Virus record (IMG/VR): IMGVR_UViG_3300037851_000135
Location: 1 to 31,863 of that record
DNA: 31,863 nt
DNA from: a virus
Lineage: Duplodnaviria; Caudoviricetes
Reading direction: 5' to 3' (one strand)
Shown: piece after piece, positions 18,106 through 26,826 of the stretch
Position numbering within the stretch: position 1 is the stretch's first letter
Layout of the letters: each line of letters opens with the position of its first letter
The notes under the pieces: generated by a model
What the model saw: the letters and a program-made list of their open reading frames with translations, nothing else
Databases searched by the model: none
Told to the model about the DNA's origin: nothing
Translations under genes and position numbers: made by a program

Positions 18106-18842
18106 ACTCTGCCTATAATCCGGCGGATTACGTTTACCGCGTCATCTGTGCGCGGCTCGCTAGTTACCACAAACGCGCATTGACAACGCCAGCCGCCGCA
18201 CTCAATATCCTCATTCGGCGGCGATTGTGGACGCACCCCGATCTGATTCCATTCTGCCGCCGTCGCTACTATGCCGTTCAGGTCGAGGCAGGTTGGGCAA
18301 TGCTCGGTATCGCCGTACTGCCAGCGGACGCGCTTATCAGAATGAATCCCGATAGCCAGCACCGCCTCGTTGTATGCGTTCTGATACTGATTCGCCCATA
18401 ACAAGGCGCGAGCGATTATCGCAAGCAACAGAGCCTCGTCTTCCTTCTCCCGCGCCGCTTGGATGTCACCGTGTAACTTCTCTATATGCTTCGCTTGCCC
18501 CTCGATAAACAACGCTTGCAGTGCTATCAGATAGGCTGGGAGATTGTCGCCGACGCCGTACCGCTTCCACGCTGACAAAAAAGCCAGCGCGATGTGCAGG
18601 AGAATAATCTCGCGGACGATCTCGCGGAATGTCCCGCTGTTAGTCGGGGCGTTGTACTCGGCGCGGATCGCCTGCTCCATCTGCGCCCGAAAATCGGACG
18701 CCGCCTTGACTGGCATTATGGCATCGCCAATGCCATAACGGGAGTCCAGCACCGCAAGCGCATGACGCGACAATAACCCGCGCACACTCGGTACGACCTT
18801 GATGGTCTCGCGCACGAAGTCTAAAACACGCGCCTTATTCAT
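18102..18842 (-). CDS. Mu gpF / SPP1 gp7-like minor head protein
   Basis: After portal; W...EHCPTCLDLNG...P...CGGWRCQC; ATG overlaps the portal end. Confidence 0.75.
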   Translation of the reverse strand: MNKARVLDFVRETIKVVPSVRGLLSRHALAVLDSRYGIGDAIMPVKAASDFRAQMEQAIRAEYNAPTNSGTFREIVREIILLHIALAFLSAWKRYGVGDNLPAYLIALQALFIEGQAKHIEKLHGDIQAAREKEDEALLLAIIARALLWANQYQNAYNEAVLAIGIHSDKRVRWQYGDTEHCPTCLDLNGIVATAAEWNQIGVRPQSPPNEDIECGGWRCQCAFVVTSEPRTDDAVNVIRRIIGRV

Positions 18843-20307
18843 GCGCCGACACCGCCCTTTCGATCGCGGATGCCAACAGGCGGATCGGATCGCCGCGCCG
18901 GATGAGCGCATTTGCAAAAACGGCTTTTACTTCATCCTCGCTCTTGCAAGCCGTCAACGCTCTGCGGATGGCATCTGCGCTTTCAGGCGGTATTGCCTGC
19001 GTGACAAACTCGCAAGCCTTCCCCGCGCCGATGGTACGGATCGCCTTGCGCTTCCAGCGCGACAACTCCGCCTTAACCGCCTCGTCCTCTTCGTAATCCT
19101 GTTCTTGTTCCAACTCCGGCATTTTTGACGCGGCGGTAACTGGAGTTACTTGCGAGACAAGCAGCGCGCCTCGCTCATCTTCAAGCGGGTCGCTTCCAAA
19201 CATCATACTCCTGACTTCGTTCACGGTATGATATTTCGCAAACTCGACAACCTCTACGATCTTCTCCGCCTTGTCTTCCGGCGTGATGTCGTTATAGCAC
19301 ACGCGATCGTCGCCGTAACTTGGCATGATGCTTGCGTTGATCTTCTCTGCCGTCTCGCGTAAGAGCGGCGCGACTGTAAACTTGCCGAACGTTGTATAGC
19401 CTATTTTGCCGTTTGCCAGCGAAGCGTCTCCGTTAAGCATGTTATACAACCCCGGCGCGAGGCGGTTGTATATTTCCTTTTCGTTTGCGGCAAGACCGTC
19501 GATGAACTCCATTTCACGTTGTGTCGCCGAGGCTTGCAACCATGCGACGCCGCCGGGCCCAACCCCGCGCAGTAGCATGTTCTCACGCTTGCCTGCCGCG
19601 TTTGTCACTTCACGCTTAAGGCGCGCCCAGTCGTTATCGTTTATCATGTCGGAGAATGCGAGTATGCCGGGCAGACGCGCGTTGTTTTGCGCGAATAAGC
19701 GCGTGTTCCATTCCTGCGCCGCCTTTGCGCCCTCTGCCGTCACCGCTAATGATTCAAGAGCGGATAACCCAGCCCAGCGATTCGTCGGGTTGTAGTTTTT
19801 GAAGTGAACGATCTCCCAAATTTCTAGCGCGATTTCCTCGCCTGTCCCCGGATAGTATAAGTATCCGCGCAAGCCCAGCCGTGAATCAGGGACGGGCGTG
19901 ATCGCGTAGGGCGGGATGATAAACATTTCCTCTGGTTCTGAATTTTCATTCGCCTTGTTAAGCCACCAGTAAGAGTTTCCCGTAATTTGCCGCCATGAAA
20001 AATGGGCTGATAAAAATTCAAGTTGACTTTCGTACTCATTCGGCTTTTTGAGAAGCGCGAGGAAGGGATGCTCGGTCTTTTCGCCCTCGTCCGCGCCGTC
20101 GATCTCCAGCGGCACGTCAACTAGCGCACGGGTTACTATGTCAACGCATGTCCCGATGTATGATAGCGTCCGGTATAGATTGGCTTGCGCTTCGTATGCC
20201 GTTATATTCGGCATGTTCCATTGCGCCGCTTCGCTTTCGGCTGACAGCCAGCGGGGGATTTTATCGGCTTTGATGTAGCCGAAGGCGTTTAAGAATTTGT
20301 TTAGCAT
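18835..20307 (-). CDS. Portal protein (HK97 family)
   Basis: LLKKPNEY, TGNSYW, EIVHFKNYNP, GLSALE, TVNEVR motifs; after TerL. Confidence 0.92.
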   Translation of the reverse strand: MLNKFLNAFGYIKADKIPRWLSAESEAAQWNMPNITAYEAQANLYRTLSYIGTCVDIVTRALVDVPLEIDGADEGEKTEHPFLALLKKPNEYESQLEFLSAHFSWRQITGNSYWWLNKANENSEPEEMFIIPPYAITPVPDSRLGLRGYLYYPGTGEEIALEIWEIVHFKNYNPTNRWAGLSALESLAVTAEGAKAAQEWNTRLFAQNNARLPGILAFSDMINDNDWARLKREVTNAAGKRENMLLRGVGPGGVAWLQASATQREMEFIDGLAANEKEIYNRLAPGLYNMLNGDASLANGKIGYTTFGKFTVAPLLRETAEKINASIMPSYGDDRVCYNDITPEDKAEKIVEVVEFAKYHTVNEVRSMMFGSDPLEDERGALLVSQVTPVTAASKMPELEQEQDYEEDEAVKAELSRWKRKAIRTIGAGKACEFVTQAIPPESADAIRRALTACKSEDEVKAVFANALIRRGDPIRLLASAIERAVSAHE

Positions 20308-20315
20308 TTATCACC

Positions 20316-21509
20316 TCACGCGAAACTTACCAATCTATCAGAGCGCGGCACACTCACGCCATGAAAGGCAAGGGCAAGCGCAATCACACAATCATCGTGC
20401 AGTCCTGCTGGGGCGGAGTAACTAGGTACACCAGCGCGATCTTTGCGCTCATAACTATTCAACTCGGCGAGTAGAACAGGATCGTTTATAACCGCAATCT
20501 CTTGACGGTCGAATGCCAGTTCCAAGCCGCTGATGATGTCGTGCTTGCTCGCCGCCGTCGTAGTAAACGGGATGACGGGCAAGCCTTCACTCTGCAATCG
20601 CTCTACGAGCGGCGCGCCCAAACTATTATACTCGGCTATGATTGTCGGACGCCCGTAACCATTGTATAGATCGCGCAGGTGAGCAAGTTGCACGTCAAAC
20701 GGCATACCGCCATACCGCCTCATATTGACAACGCGCTTTTTGTCATCCATGACTATCATCACGGTATAGTCTCCACCGGCGGCGCGCGCCCAGTCTACTC
20801 CAATCACATAACGCCGATCTCTTTGCGCCGGTTCGATCTTCATCGTCGCGCATTTGTCCACATTGACAAATAACGCGCCGTCTTCGACAAACTGCGCGAG
20901 CCATTCCTGCCGATATGTTCGCTCGCTCACACGCTCACGGGCAAGCGCGGCGGCGCGTTGTATGCTCGGCATTGGGTTTGCCACACTCGGCGCGGTAAAC
21001 GATGCCTGCGTTTTGCCGTCCGCTAATCCACGCTGATATTCACTATAAAACCAGTTGCGCCCCTTTGGAGTACCAACCAGTAAGGCGATGCCGTCACGAT
21101 CTGCCAGCGTCGGCATAACTACATCTGTCCACACTTCCGGCGCGTATTGCGGGGCTTCGTCGCAGATTACGATGTCAAAGTTCTCGCCGCGCAAGCCCAC
21201 GCTGTTGTCGGCGGTATATACTCCAACTCTCCCGCCCGAAGGCATAACGACCTCGCGCTCTGATTTACGAATTGTTACAAATTGAGATTGTCCCGCCGCT
21301 TGCTCACAAAAACGCCATAACGGGCGGCTGTTGCCGTATGTCGGGGCAACCCAAGCGACGTGCGCGCCGAGCCGCGCCGCTTCAAGCGACATCACCCCCG
21401 CCATGACTGTCTTGCCCCACCGCCGCCCCATGCAAATCACCTTGACTTTCGCCGGATGCCTCACTATCGCCTGTTGGTCTGGGCGCAATATTTGAGACGA
21501 GTTTTGCAT
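20316..21509 (-). CDS. terL: Terminase large subunit
   Basis: Walker A GRRWGKT, Walker B VICDEA, GTPKG, nuclease IGVDWA and HDDCVIALALA; SD GGAG before ATG 21509. Confidence 0.95.
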   Translation of the reverse strand: MQNSSQILRPDQQAIVRHPAKVKVICMGRRWGKTVMAGVMSLEAARLGAHVAWVAPTYGNSRPLWRFCEQAAGQSQFVTIRKSEREVVMPSGGRVGVYTADNSVGLRGENFDIVICDEAPQYAPEVWTDVVMPTLADRDGIALLVGTPKGRNWFYSEYQRGLADGKTQASFTAPSVANPMPSIQRAAALARERVSERTYRQEWLAQFVEDGALFVNVDKCATMKIEPAQRDRRYVIGVDWARAAGGDYTVMIVMDDKKRVVNMRRYGGMPFDVQLAHLRDLYNGYGRPTIIAEYNSLGAPLVERLQSEGLPVIPFTTTAASKHDIISGLELAFDRQEIAVINDPVLLAELNSYERKDRAGVPSYSAPAGLHDDCVIALALAFHGVSVPRSDRLVSFA

Positions 21510-21840
21510 AGTCAAACTCCAATCTTACGCTTTCGCCGTTGCTGGTTACGTCAACGTGTTCACCGTATCCGCGTTCTTTCCCTCGCTTGCTGTTTTTCAA
21601 TGCCAACTGGATCGCCCATGCCTCACCGCGTTCTATCGCCTCGGCTAGTTTGTGTTCGGCACGTTCTACTATGCGGTCACGCGCAAACTCGCACGCTTCC
21701 GCAACTTCGGGATCGTCTTGGATATAACGCGATAGGGTCGGTCTTGTGATACCGAGTATCTCGCAGATGCCCGTCCACTTGCCCCCAGCCGCTTTTATCG
21801 CTTCGAGTAGTTTGGTCTTGCTTACTTTGCGCTTTGCCAT
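21382..21840 (-). CDS. terS: Terminase small subunit (HTH)
   Basis: HTH CEILGITRPTLSRYI, AEHKL...AIQLALK...GKERGY; immediately upstream of terL. Confidence 0.8.
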   Translation of the reverse strand: MAKRKVSKTKLLEAIKAAGGKWTGICEILGITRPTLSRYIQDDPEVAEACEFARDRIVERAEHKLAEAIERGEAWAIQLALKNSKRGKERGYGEHVDVTSNGESVRLEFDYAKLVSNIAPRPTGDSEASGESQGDLHGAAVGQDSHGGGDVA

Positions 21841-21858
21841 TTTTTGTAATTAAAGTTA

Positions 21859-23388
21859 TTAACCAATCAATTCAGGCTTAATGCCTGTTGCGTCTTGAAA
21901 GCGTTGGAGGATGACCGCGCCGTAGTTTGGACTTATCTCCATCGCGTAACAGCGGCGGGAAAGGTTCTGCGCGGCAATAAGTTCGGGGTTAGTTCCTGCA
22001 AATGGTACTAATACAATCGCATCATTTGGTGCGCTGCTTTTTATTATCCGCCTCATCATTTCGACGGGCTTTGGCGTTGCGTGTCCCATTCGCTCTTCGC
22101 CTGTCACACGTCCAAAGTCCCAAACATCTGTCATGTTGTCGTGGGTGTTATCAAAATATGCGCGGGTCGAATAAAAATCCTTCTTTAATTCGTCGTAATC
22201 CTTCCTGAAGGCGTCGTAATCCTTCTTGAAGGCGTGTTGTAGTTTTTTGTAATGCTCTTCTGGAATAAACGTCCACTGGCTCTCTGTGAACCAATGAGAA
22301 TACATACCAACACCACAAATTTCCTTGACCATGATTGGAGTTAAGCCAACTTTATCCGCCTCGCATTTGAGGTAATTTTTTACGCCGTCCCAGCCATGCC
22401 AGTAATTATCAGAATTATTATTGAAACCCTGCTCACCAAGCATAAAAAAAATGCTTTTTTCCGTTTCATTTGGATATTGACGCATACCAGCCGCCCCGAC
22501 CTGCGATATGCCACCTGCACCCGCCGAACCCTTCGCCCACACAATCTCGTTGCGGTAGGTAAGTCTTTCACTGTCCCTTAACACGCGATACCACAGTCGC
22601 CATAAGTCCTCTGCTTGTCCCCAAATATACGCGCTTCCATTATCAGCCAAAAAAGGGCGACACGCTTGCCACCATTGCATCTGAAATCCATCTAATTTTT
22701 CGCCATATAAATTGTCGTTTGCTATACCTTCATTTTCTTTACCCATACCATAAGGCGGATCGGCATGAAGGAGTGCTGCCCTCTCCCCGCCCATCAGCCT
22801 TTCGACATTCTCGCGCACAGTACAATCACCGATTAACAGCCGATGGTCGCCAAGTTTCCACAACTGCCCCGATTCAGTCTGCCAAACTTTCTGCAATTCG
22901 GCTGCTCGGTCAATTTGCGGCTCGGCATCCACAGGATCGGTATTCTCGGAATTCAATAGTTCTTTTAGATTGTTCGCATCATTATTCCACCCTTTCAGCG
23001 CGTCCACGTCCATTCCCCACGCTTGCAACTCGGCAGGCTGCCACGATGAAAGCGCGTCCCAATTCCACGAACCCGTCGCGCCTGTGTGCAACGTGATCAC
23101 CATCTCTCGCCGTTCCTCGTCGGTCAGGGCGCGGTCGGAGACCATCGCATCCATTTCATGATCCGCGCCGTAGACTGTAAACCACGCCGCGAGACGTTGG
23201 TGTCCGTCAAGTAACGGATAAAAGCCGTCAACGGCTGGCATAACGAGAAACGGCACAGGCTGTCCGAATTTTCGCTCACTAGCGATAATCCTTTGCGCCT
23301 GCGCCTTTGTACTCATGCGTGGGTTGCCTTCCCACGCCTTAATCTGTCCCAGCCTTACCTTGATCGCTCTCCAGTGTGGCTTCGTCAA
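21859..23388 (-). CDS. ParB/Srx-like domain fused to beta-class N6A/N4C DNA methyltransferase
   Basis: NPR and DGHQRL N-terminal; DPPY, HATPKPV, variant motif I VPFAGTN, AMEISPNY. Confidence 0.88.
   Translation of the reverse strand: MTKPHWRAIKVRLGQIKAWEGNPRMSTKAQAQRIIASERKFGQPVPFLVMPAVDGFYPLLDGHQRLAAWFTVYGADHEMDAMVSDRALTDEERREMVITLHTGATGSWNWDALSSWQPAELQAWGMDVDALKGWNNDANNLKELLNSENTDPVDAEPQIDRAAELQKVWQTESGQLWKLGDHRLLIGDCTVRENVERLMGGERAALLHADPPYGMGKENEGIANDNLYGEKLDGFQMQWWQACRPFLADNGSAYIWGQAEDLWRLWYRVLRDSERLTYRNEIVWAKGSAGAGGISQVGAAGMRQYPNETEKSIFFMLGEQGFNNNSDNYWHGWDGVKNYLKCEADKVGLTPIMVKEICGVGMYSHWFTESQWTFIPEEHYKKLQHAFKKDYDAFRKDYDELKKDFYSTRAYFDNTHDNMTDVWDFGRVTGEERMGHATPKPVEMMRRIIKSSAPNDAIVLVPFAGTNPELIAAQNLSRRCYAMEISPNYGAVILQRFQDATGIKPELIG
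22191..22235. repeat. 21-bp tandem repeat inside the methylase
   Basis: CGTCGTAATCCTTC(C/T)TGAAGG twice; encodes FKKDYDA/FRKDYDE. Confidence 0.85.
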
Positions 23389-23420
23389 AACACAAAAACG
23401 GGGCGAGTCACCCCGCCCCG
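23387..23420 (-). terminator. Intrinsic terminator after the holin-like gene
   Basis: CGGGGCGGG-GUGA-CUCGCCCCG then UUUUUGUGUUUU. Confidence 0.75.
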
Positions 23421-23426
23421 CCCCCG

Positions 23427-23618
23427 CTACTTCGAGATCGGCGCATCCGTGAACCAGACACGCAAGATGACGGTCAGTACGCCGCTAAACGCAACGGCAA
23501 GATCGGCGGGATCGACAGTCGCACGACCAAGCAGATCGATCACGATCGGCATCACGCCTTGAAGCGTAACGAACACGCCGAGCCAAACAATTTTTGACTG
23601 ATAAAAAGGTTTTTGCAT
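23427..23618 (-). CDS. Holin-like small membrane protein (2 TM)
   Basis: KPFYQSKIVW...2 hydrophobic helices...ILRVWFTDAPI; SD GGAGG. Confidence 0.6.
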   Translation of the reverse strand: MQKPFYQSKIVWLGVFVTLQGVMPIVIDLLGRATVDPADLAVAFSGVLTVILRVWFTDAPISK

Positions 23619-23637
23619 AGCATGATCCTCCGCAGGT

Positions 23638-23646
23638 ATTGTATCA
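23638..23646 (-). promoter_or_regulatory. Extended -10 promoter TGATACAAT
   Basis: Directly upstream of the SD of the holin-like gene. Confidence 0.6.
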
Positions 23647-23713
23647 CCATTTTGTCACGGACAATGCCAAAATCAAAACGACACAGCGCAGGATTTATCC
23701 CGAATAATACACA

Positions 23714-23986
23714 TCAGCCGTATATTATCCGTACCAAAACGCGCGTTATCCATCGGCGCAACCGCGCAAATCGCGTCACCCAGCCATGACAACGCCTGCA
23801 AAGTGCCTGCAAATCTGTATCACGCTCATTCCCAAGCCGTTTATATGTTTTGTGGTGTACTTGGATGTTTTTATCAGAGCCGCATATCGCGCACACCCGC
23901 CCGTAACAGTCTAGGAAGCGATTGCGGCGATCCCGCCACTTTTGCGAGGCGATATATTCTCGGTATTCAGCAGATAATCTCGTCAT
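23714..23986 (-). CDS. HNH endonuclease
   Basis: CAICG...VHHKTY...LQALCRRCH; likely start MTRLSAEY, 6 nt after TATAAT. Confidence 0.85.
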   Translation of the reverse strand: MTRLSAEYREYIASQKWRDRRNRFLDCYGRVCAICGSDKNIQVHHKTYKRLGNERDTDLQALCRRCHGWVTRFARLRRWITRVLVRIIYG

Positions 23987-24074
23987 GCCGATATTATAAG
24001 CGAGCCGCGCCTGTTTGATGTGGGCGCGGCTCTTCGGAGAAAACACAGGCTTTTCACAGCCTGCGCCTATTATA

Positions 24075-24257
24075 TCACGCCGCCGCTTTTGCGGCAGGAT
24101 ACGCAACGCCCCCTTCGATCTTCACCTCGTACTCGTAACAACACGCATAGCATACAACGCGGATCGCCGCGTTGACAATGCCAGCGTACCAATAGACAGT
24201 CCGCTCACATCCGCAATACGGACAATGGACAGTTTGAGATAATGATTGTTTGCTCAT
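24075..24257 (-). CDS. Small zinc-ribbon protein
   Basis: MSKQSLSQTVHCPYCG...CYACC; C-terminal part of track ORF 24075..24545, starting just after the upstream stop. Confidence 0.6.
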   Translation of the reverse strand: MSKQSLSQTVHCPYCGCERTVYWYAGIVNAAIRVVCYACCYEYEVKIEGGVAYPAAKAAA

Positions 24258-24258
24258 G

Positions 24259-24576
24259 TTAGTATGACCCTTCTCCCCAATATTCGCCGCCTTCCTGCGC
24301 GGCGCGCGCTTCGGCAGCCGCGCAAAACTCACGCGCCGCGACGAAATCGCAGTATGAACCATCCGCGCCGATCCGCTTGCCGTATTCAGCAGTAAGCCGT
24401 CGCACGACGGACAAATTCTCGGAGTCCGTGTTCGCCGTGTACGCTCTCGGCGTGGCAGGCGGTACAACCTCTTCTTGTGAGCATAACGCTCGGAAGAGGT
24501 TGAATCCAAAGACCATGACGCCGACAAAGAGCGCAGAGGAAACAAGCAGGATGATAAAAGCCGAAACGTATATCAT
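24259..24576 (-). CDS. Membrane-anchored hypothetical protein
   Basis: N-terminal TM helix; ATGA overlap. Confidence 0.6.
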   Translation of the reverse strand: MIYVSAFIILLVSSALFVGVMVFGFNLFRALCSQEEVVPPATPRAYTANTDSENLSVVRRLTAEYGKRIGADGSYCDFVAAREFCAAAEARAAQEGGEYWGEGSY

Positions 24577-24758
24577 TTTTCACCCTGCAAAACTTCCCAG
24601 CCGAACAATGCCATGATCAGCGTGATGCGCTTGTGGCAATATAGACATATAACAAAGGTAGTATCGCCAAGCGATACGCCCTCAACTGTTGGCACACGGA
24701 CGCGAGTCGCCTCGCCTTCGGAGTGATAACAATGCGGACAGTGGATGTAATCTTTCAT
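24573..24758 (-). CDS. Small zinc-ribbon protein
   Basis: CPHC...CLYC; ATGA overlaps on both sides. Confidence 0.6.
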   Translation of the reverse strand: MKDYIHCPHCYHSEGEATRVRVPTVEGVSLGDTTFVICLYCHKRITLIMALFGWEVLQGEK

Positions 24759-24943
24759 GGCGTCACCTTTTCACCGCTAACCGATAGCGGCGTCGCGGAC
24801 TTATGCGGCGTTGCCGTACTGGTCGGATGTGTTTCCCGCGTTATAACCGGCGCGGGTGTAATTGTCGGCGTTTTTGTTGGCTCGACAAAAACACAGGAAG
24901 CCAACAAAGCGCAGAGGATGGACAATCGGATCATGCGAATCAT
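24755..24943 (-). CDS. Small Pro/Thr-rich lipoprotein
   Basis: Signal MIRMIRLSILCALLAS-C (lipobox LASC), then PTKTPTITP...TATP. Confidence 0.65.
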   Translation of the reverse strand: MIRMIRLSILCALLASCVFVEPTKTPTITPAPVITRETHPTSTATPHKSATPLSVSGEKVTP

Positions 24944-25140
24944 TTTGTATCCCTTTCCTTCTCCTGCTCCTGCATAAACCAAGCATAGAGCAACTTCTTC
25001 ACGGCGCGGGAAAGACCCTTCGCCGCAATGCGCTCTGATACGAAGTCGGCGACAAACGGATCGACGTAGAAGGCAACGCGCACCGATACTTTTTTCTCGG
25101 CGCGTGATAAAAACCTCTCATCTACATTTATCTTATTCAT
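24940..25140 (-). CDS. Possible ribbon-helix-helix protein
   Basis: VRVAFYVD strand then two helices (LSRAVKKLL). Confidence 0.5.
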   Translation of the reverse strand: MNKINVDERFLSRAEKKVSVRVAFYVDPFVADFVSERIAAKGLSRAVKKLLYAWFMQEQEKERDTK

Positions 25141-25318
25141 CGCCAACAAACTCCCAGCCGTTCGACGTGCTGTTGGCATTCTTGATGATCACAATTATCG
25201 CGGGCTTTCCGCCGTAATTCGCCGATGCCAACAATGCCAAGCCGCGCTCCTGAAGCGTAAGAAATGGAGATCGCAGAAGTGCCAACAAAACAGCACTAGG
25301 CTCTTGCCCGTCCTTCAT
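25133..25318 (-). CDS. Hypothetical protein
   Basis: MKDGQEPS...; overlaps neighbours in the operon. Confidence 0.5.
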   Translation of the reverse strand: MKDGQEPSAVLLALLRSPFLTLQERGLALLASANYGGKPAIIVIIKNANSTSNGWEFVGDE

Positions 25319-25502
25319 AGGCGTGGACAAGTTCTGCAAATCCTGCGCTTCTTCTGTTGATCCATCCGACTGTCTTTCTGCCTTTGTTGCGTTCACGGTA
25401 TATAACTCCTCTCAATTTGCCGCGCCCGTCAAGCCGCCATTCGCGGCGCGGCGCGTTTGTTGGTACGTCGCTTTTCTGTTGGCAATCCTCTATAACAAGC
25501 AA
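25296..25502 (-). CDS. Basic hypothetical protein (start uncertain)
   Basis: Fills the operon gap on the coding strand. Confidence 0.4.
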   Translation of the reverse strand: MLVIEDCQQKSDVPTNAPRREWRLDGRGKLRGVIYRERNKGRKTVGWINRRSAGFAELVHAYEGRARA

Positions 25503-25528
25503 GTCCGAAATGCCAACAAGCGAAATCG

Positions 25529-26257
25529 TTAATTCTTTTTTGGTGGCAGGGCTTTCCCCTGCTGGGTAGGGTTTCCATCGCCGTCAACTTCCAGCGCATA
25601 GGACTTTTGGAAACTCTGCGCGGCTTGGTCTCTGCCGAGGTTGTCTTTATTTGCAGCGATCATCCGCTCGTAATGCTCGATCTTCTTGTTGGCAATTTCG
25701 CTTCGCCCCAGCAACTCGGCGCGGCGTTCACGCGCCTTTGTCGCCGCCTCGCGTTGGCGAAACTCGCGCTCAACAATCACCTCCGGATCGGAACTTCGGT
25801 ACTGCCAGTCGGCTACAATGTGAGCAGCCAACAAAACGAACACGAATCCAACAGAGATCAACGCCGCCCAGTTTGACAGCGTTTCGTCTGCCACAATCGC
25901 TAACACGTCCGCGCTCGCGATCTCGGCGAACAACCCGCCGAACATCGTGACGATCGACGTGCCGACTGTAGCCCAGACCATCGCGTTGGCAATGGTCTCT
26001 TGCGCGTTCTTTGACGTATCGCCGATCGAACCGTCCGCCGCGTCCGCCTCGTACTCGCGCCATTGCCAGTACTTAACCCCGCCCTCGATCAACGCAATAG
26101 CCGCAAAGGGCAGCCAAAAAAAACGGGGGGCAATGTGCGCAAACAGGGCGTAGGTCTGCGTTGCGGACAACACCAGCGAGCCGTTCACGATCCAGTTCTC
26201 GCGGACGTTAAACGAGAGCCAGCACCAAAAACGCTTCAAAAGGTCTTTTTCATTCAT
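25529..26257 (-). CDS. Multi-pass membrane protein with C-terminal coiled coil
   Basis: About four hydrophobic segments then a charged helix. Confidence 0.7.
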   Translation of the reverse strand: MNEKDLLKRFWCWLSFNVRENWIVNGSLVLSATQTYALFAHIAPRFFWLPFAAIALIEGGVKYWQWREYEADAADGSIGDTSKNAQETIANAMVWATVGTSIVTMFGGLFAEIASADVLAIVADETLSNWAALISVGFVFVLLAAHIVADWQYRSSDPEVIVEREFRQREAATKARERRAELLGRSEIANKKIEHYERMIAANKDNLGRDQAAQSFQKSYALEVDGDGNPTQQGKALPPKKN

Positions 26258-26258
26258 G

Positions 26259-26630
26259 CTAATCTTCTCCTATTAGTTTGTAAAACATCCCCGCGACATC
26301 CGCATCAGTTGAGACGATGCAGACCTCTGTGAGGGTTGCGGTTATCTTTTCGCCGTCTGTGAGGGCGTGATCCGCCTTTGCGTATGCTTCCGGCATTTTT
26401 ACTTCGCACATGACGATCTCTGCTCCAGAACCGACGAGCCAGTCTGTCAACAGTCCGCCGACTTTGCTTGTGTCAATAGCCCAGACATAATGACCGCGCA
26501 AAAAAGCAGAATACCCGTTCGTGCTTCCTGACTTAAAAGCCTGAAAGCCGCCGCAGGCGTCGCGCAAAAAGTCCACGACGATCTTGTGATTATCATCGGG
26601 GCGCGGGATGTACTTCGGTCTATTCGGCAT
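26259..26630 (-). CDS. PD-(D/E)xK nuclease, VRR-NUC / Holliday-junction-resolvase-like
   Basis: DDNHKIVVDFLR...TSKVG...TDWLVG...CEVK...LTDGE. Confidence 0.7.
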   Translation of the reverse strand: MPNRPKYIPRPDDNHKIVVDFLRDACGGFQAFKSGSTNGYSAFLRGHYVWAIDTSKVGGLLTDWLVGSGAEIVMCEVKMPEAYAKADHALTDGEKITATLTEVCIVSTDADVAGMFYKLIGED

Positions 26631-26826
26631 TGTCGGCGATCCTGTTTTTTACCTGCGCTAATATTCCGCCGAGGAAGGCGACCGCGACTTCATCCTGCGC
26701 CTCAAAGCGTTCCTCGTGACCGCAGGCTGGGCATTCGTAAAAGATACTCAGACTTTTACCGATGGTCGCGCCGAGCGCGATCATCTCTGCGTCCGAACAG
26801 GCGGGGCACAATCTTTTTGTTTTCAT
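26620..26826 (-). CDS. Small zinc-ribbon protein, first gene of the leftward unit
   Basis: CPAC...CPACG; TGCTAAAAT 6 nt upstream of ATG. Confidence 0.65.
   Translation of the reverse strand: MKTKRLCPACSDAEMIALGATIGKSLSIFYECPACGHEERFEAQDEVAVAFLGGILAQVKNRIADNAE

Noticed and set aside
21859-23388. ParB-like domain as evidence of a partition system
   Set aside because: It is the common ParB/Srx fusion to terminase-adjacent methylases; no ParA or parS array seen
6-26800. Many plus-strand ORFs opposite the structural genes (e.g. 962..1426, 4290..4829, 15764..16204)
   Set aside because: Antisense shadows of well-supported minus-strand genes; no motifs or start signals
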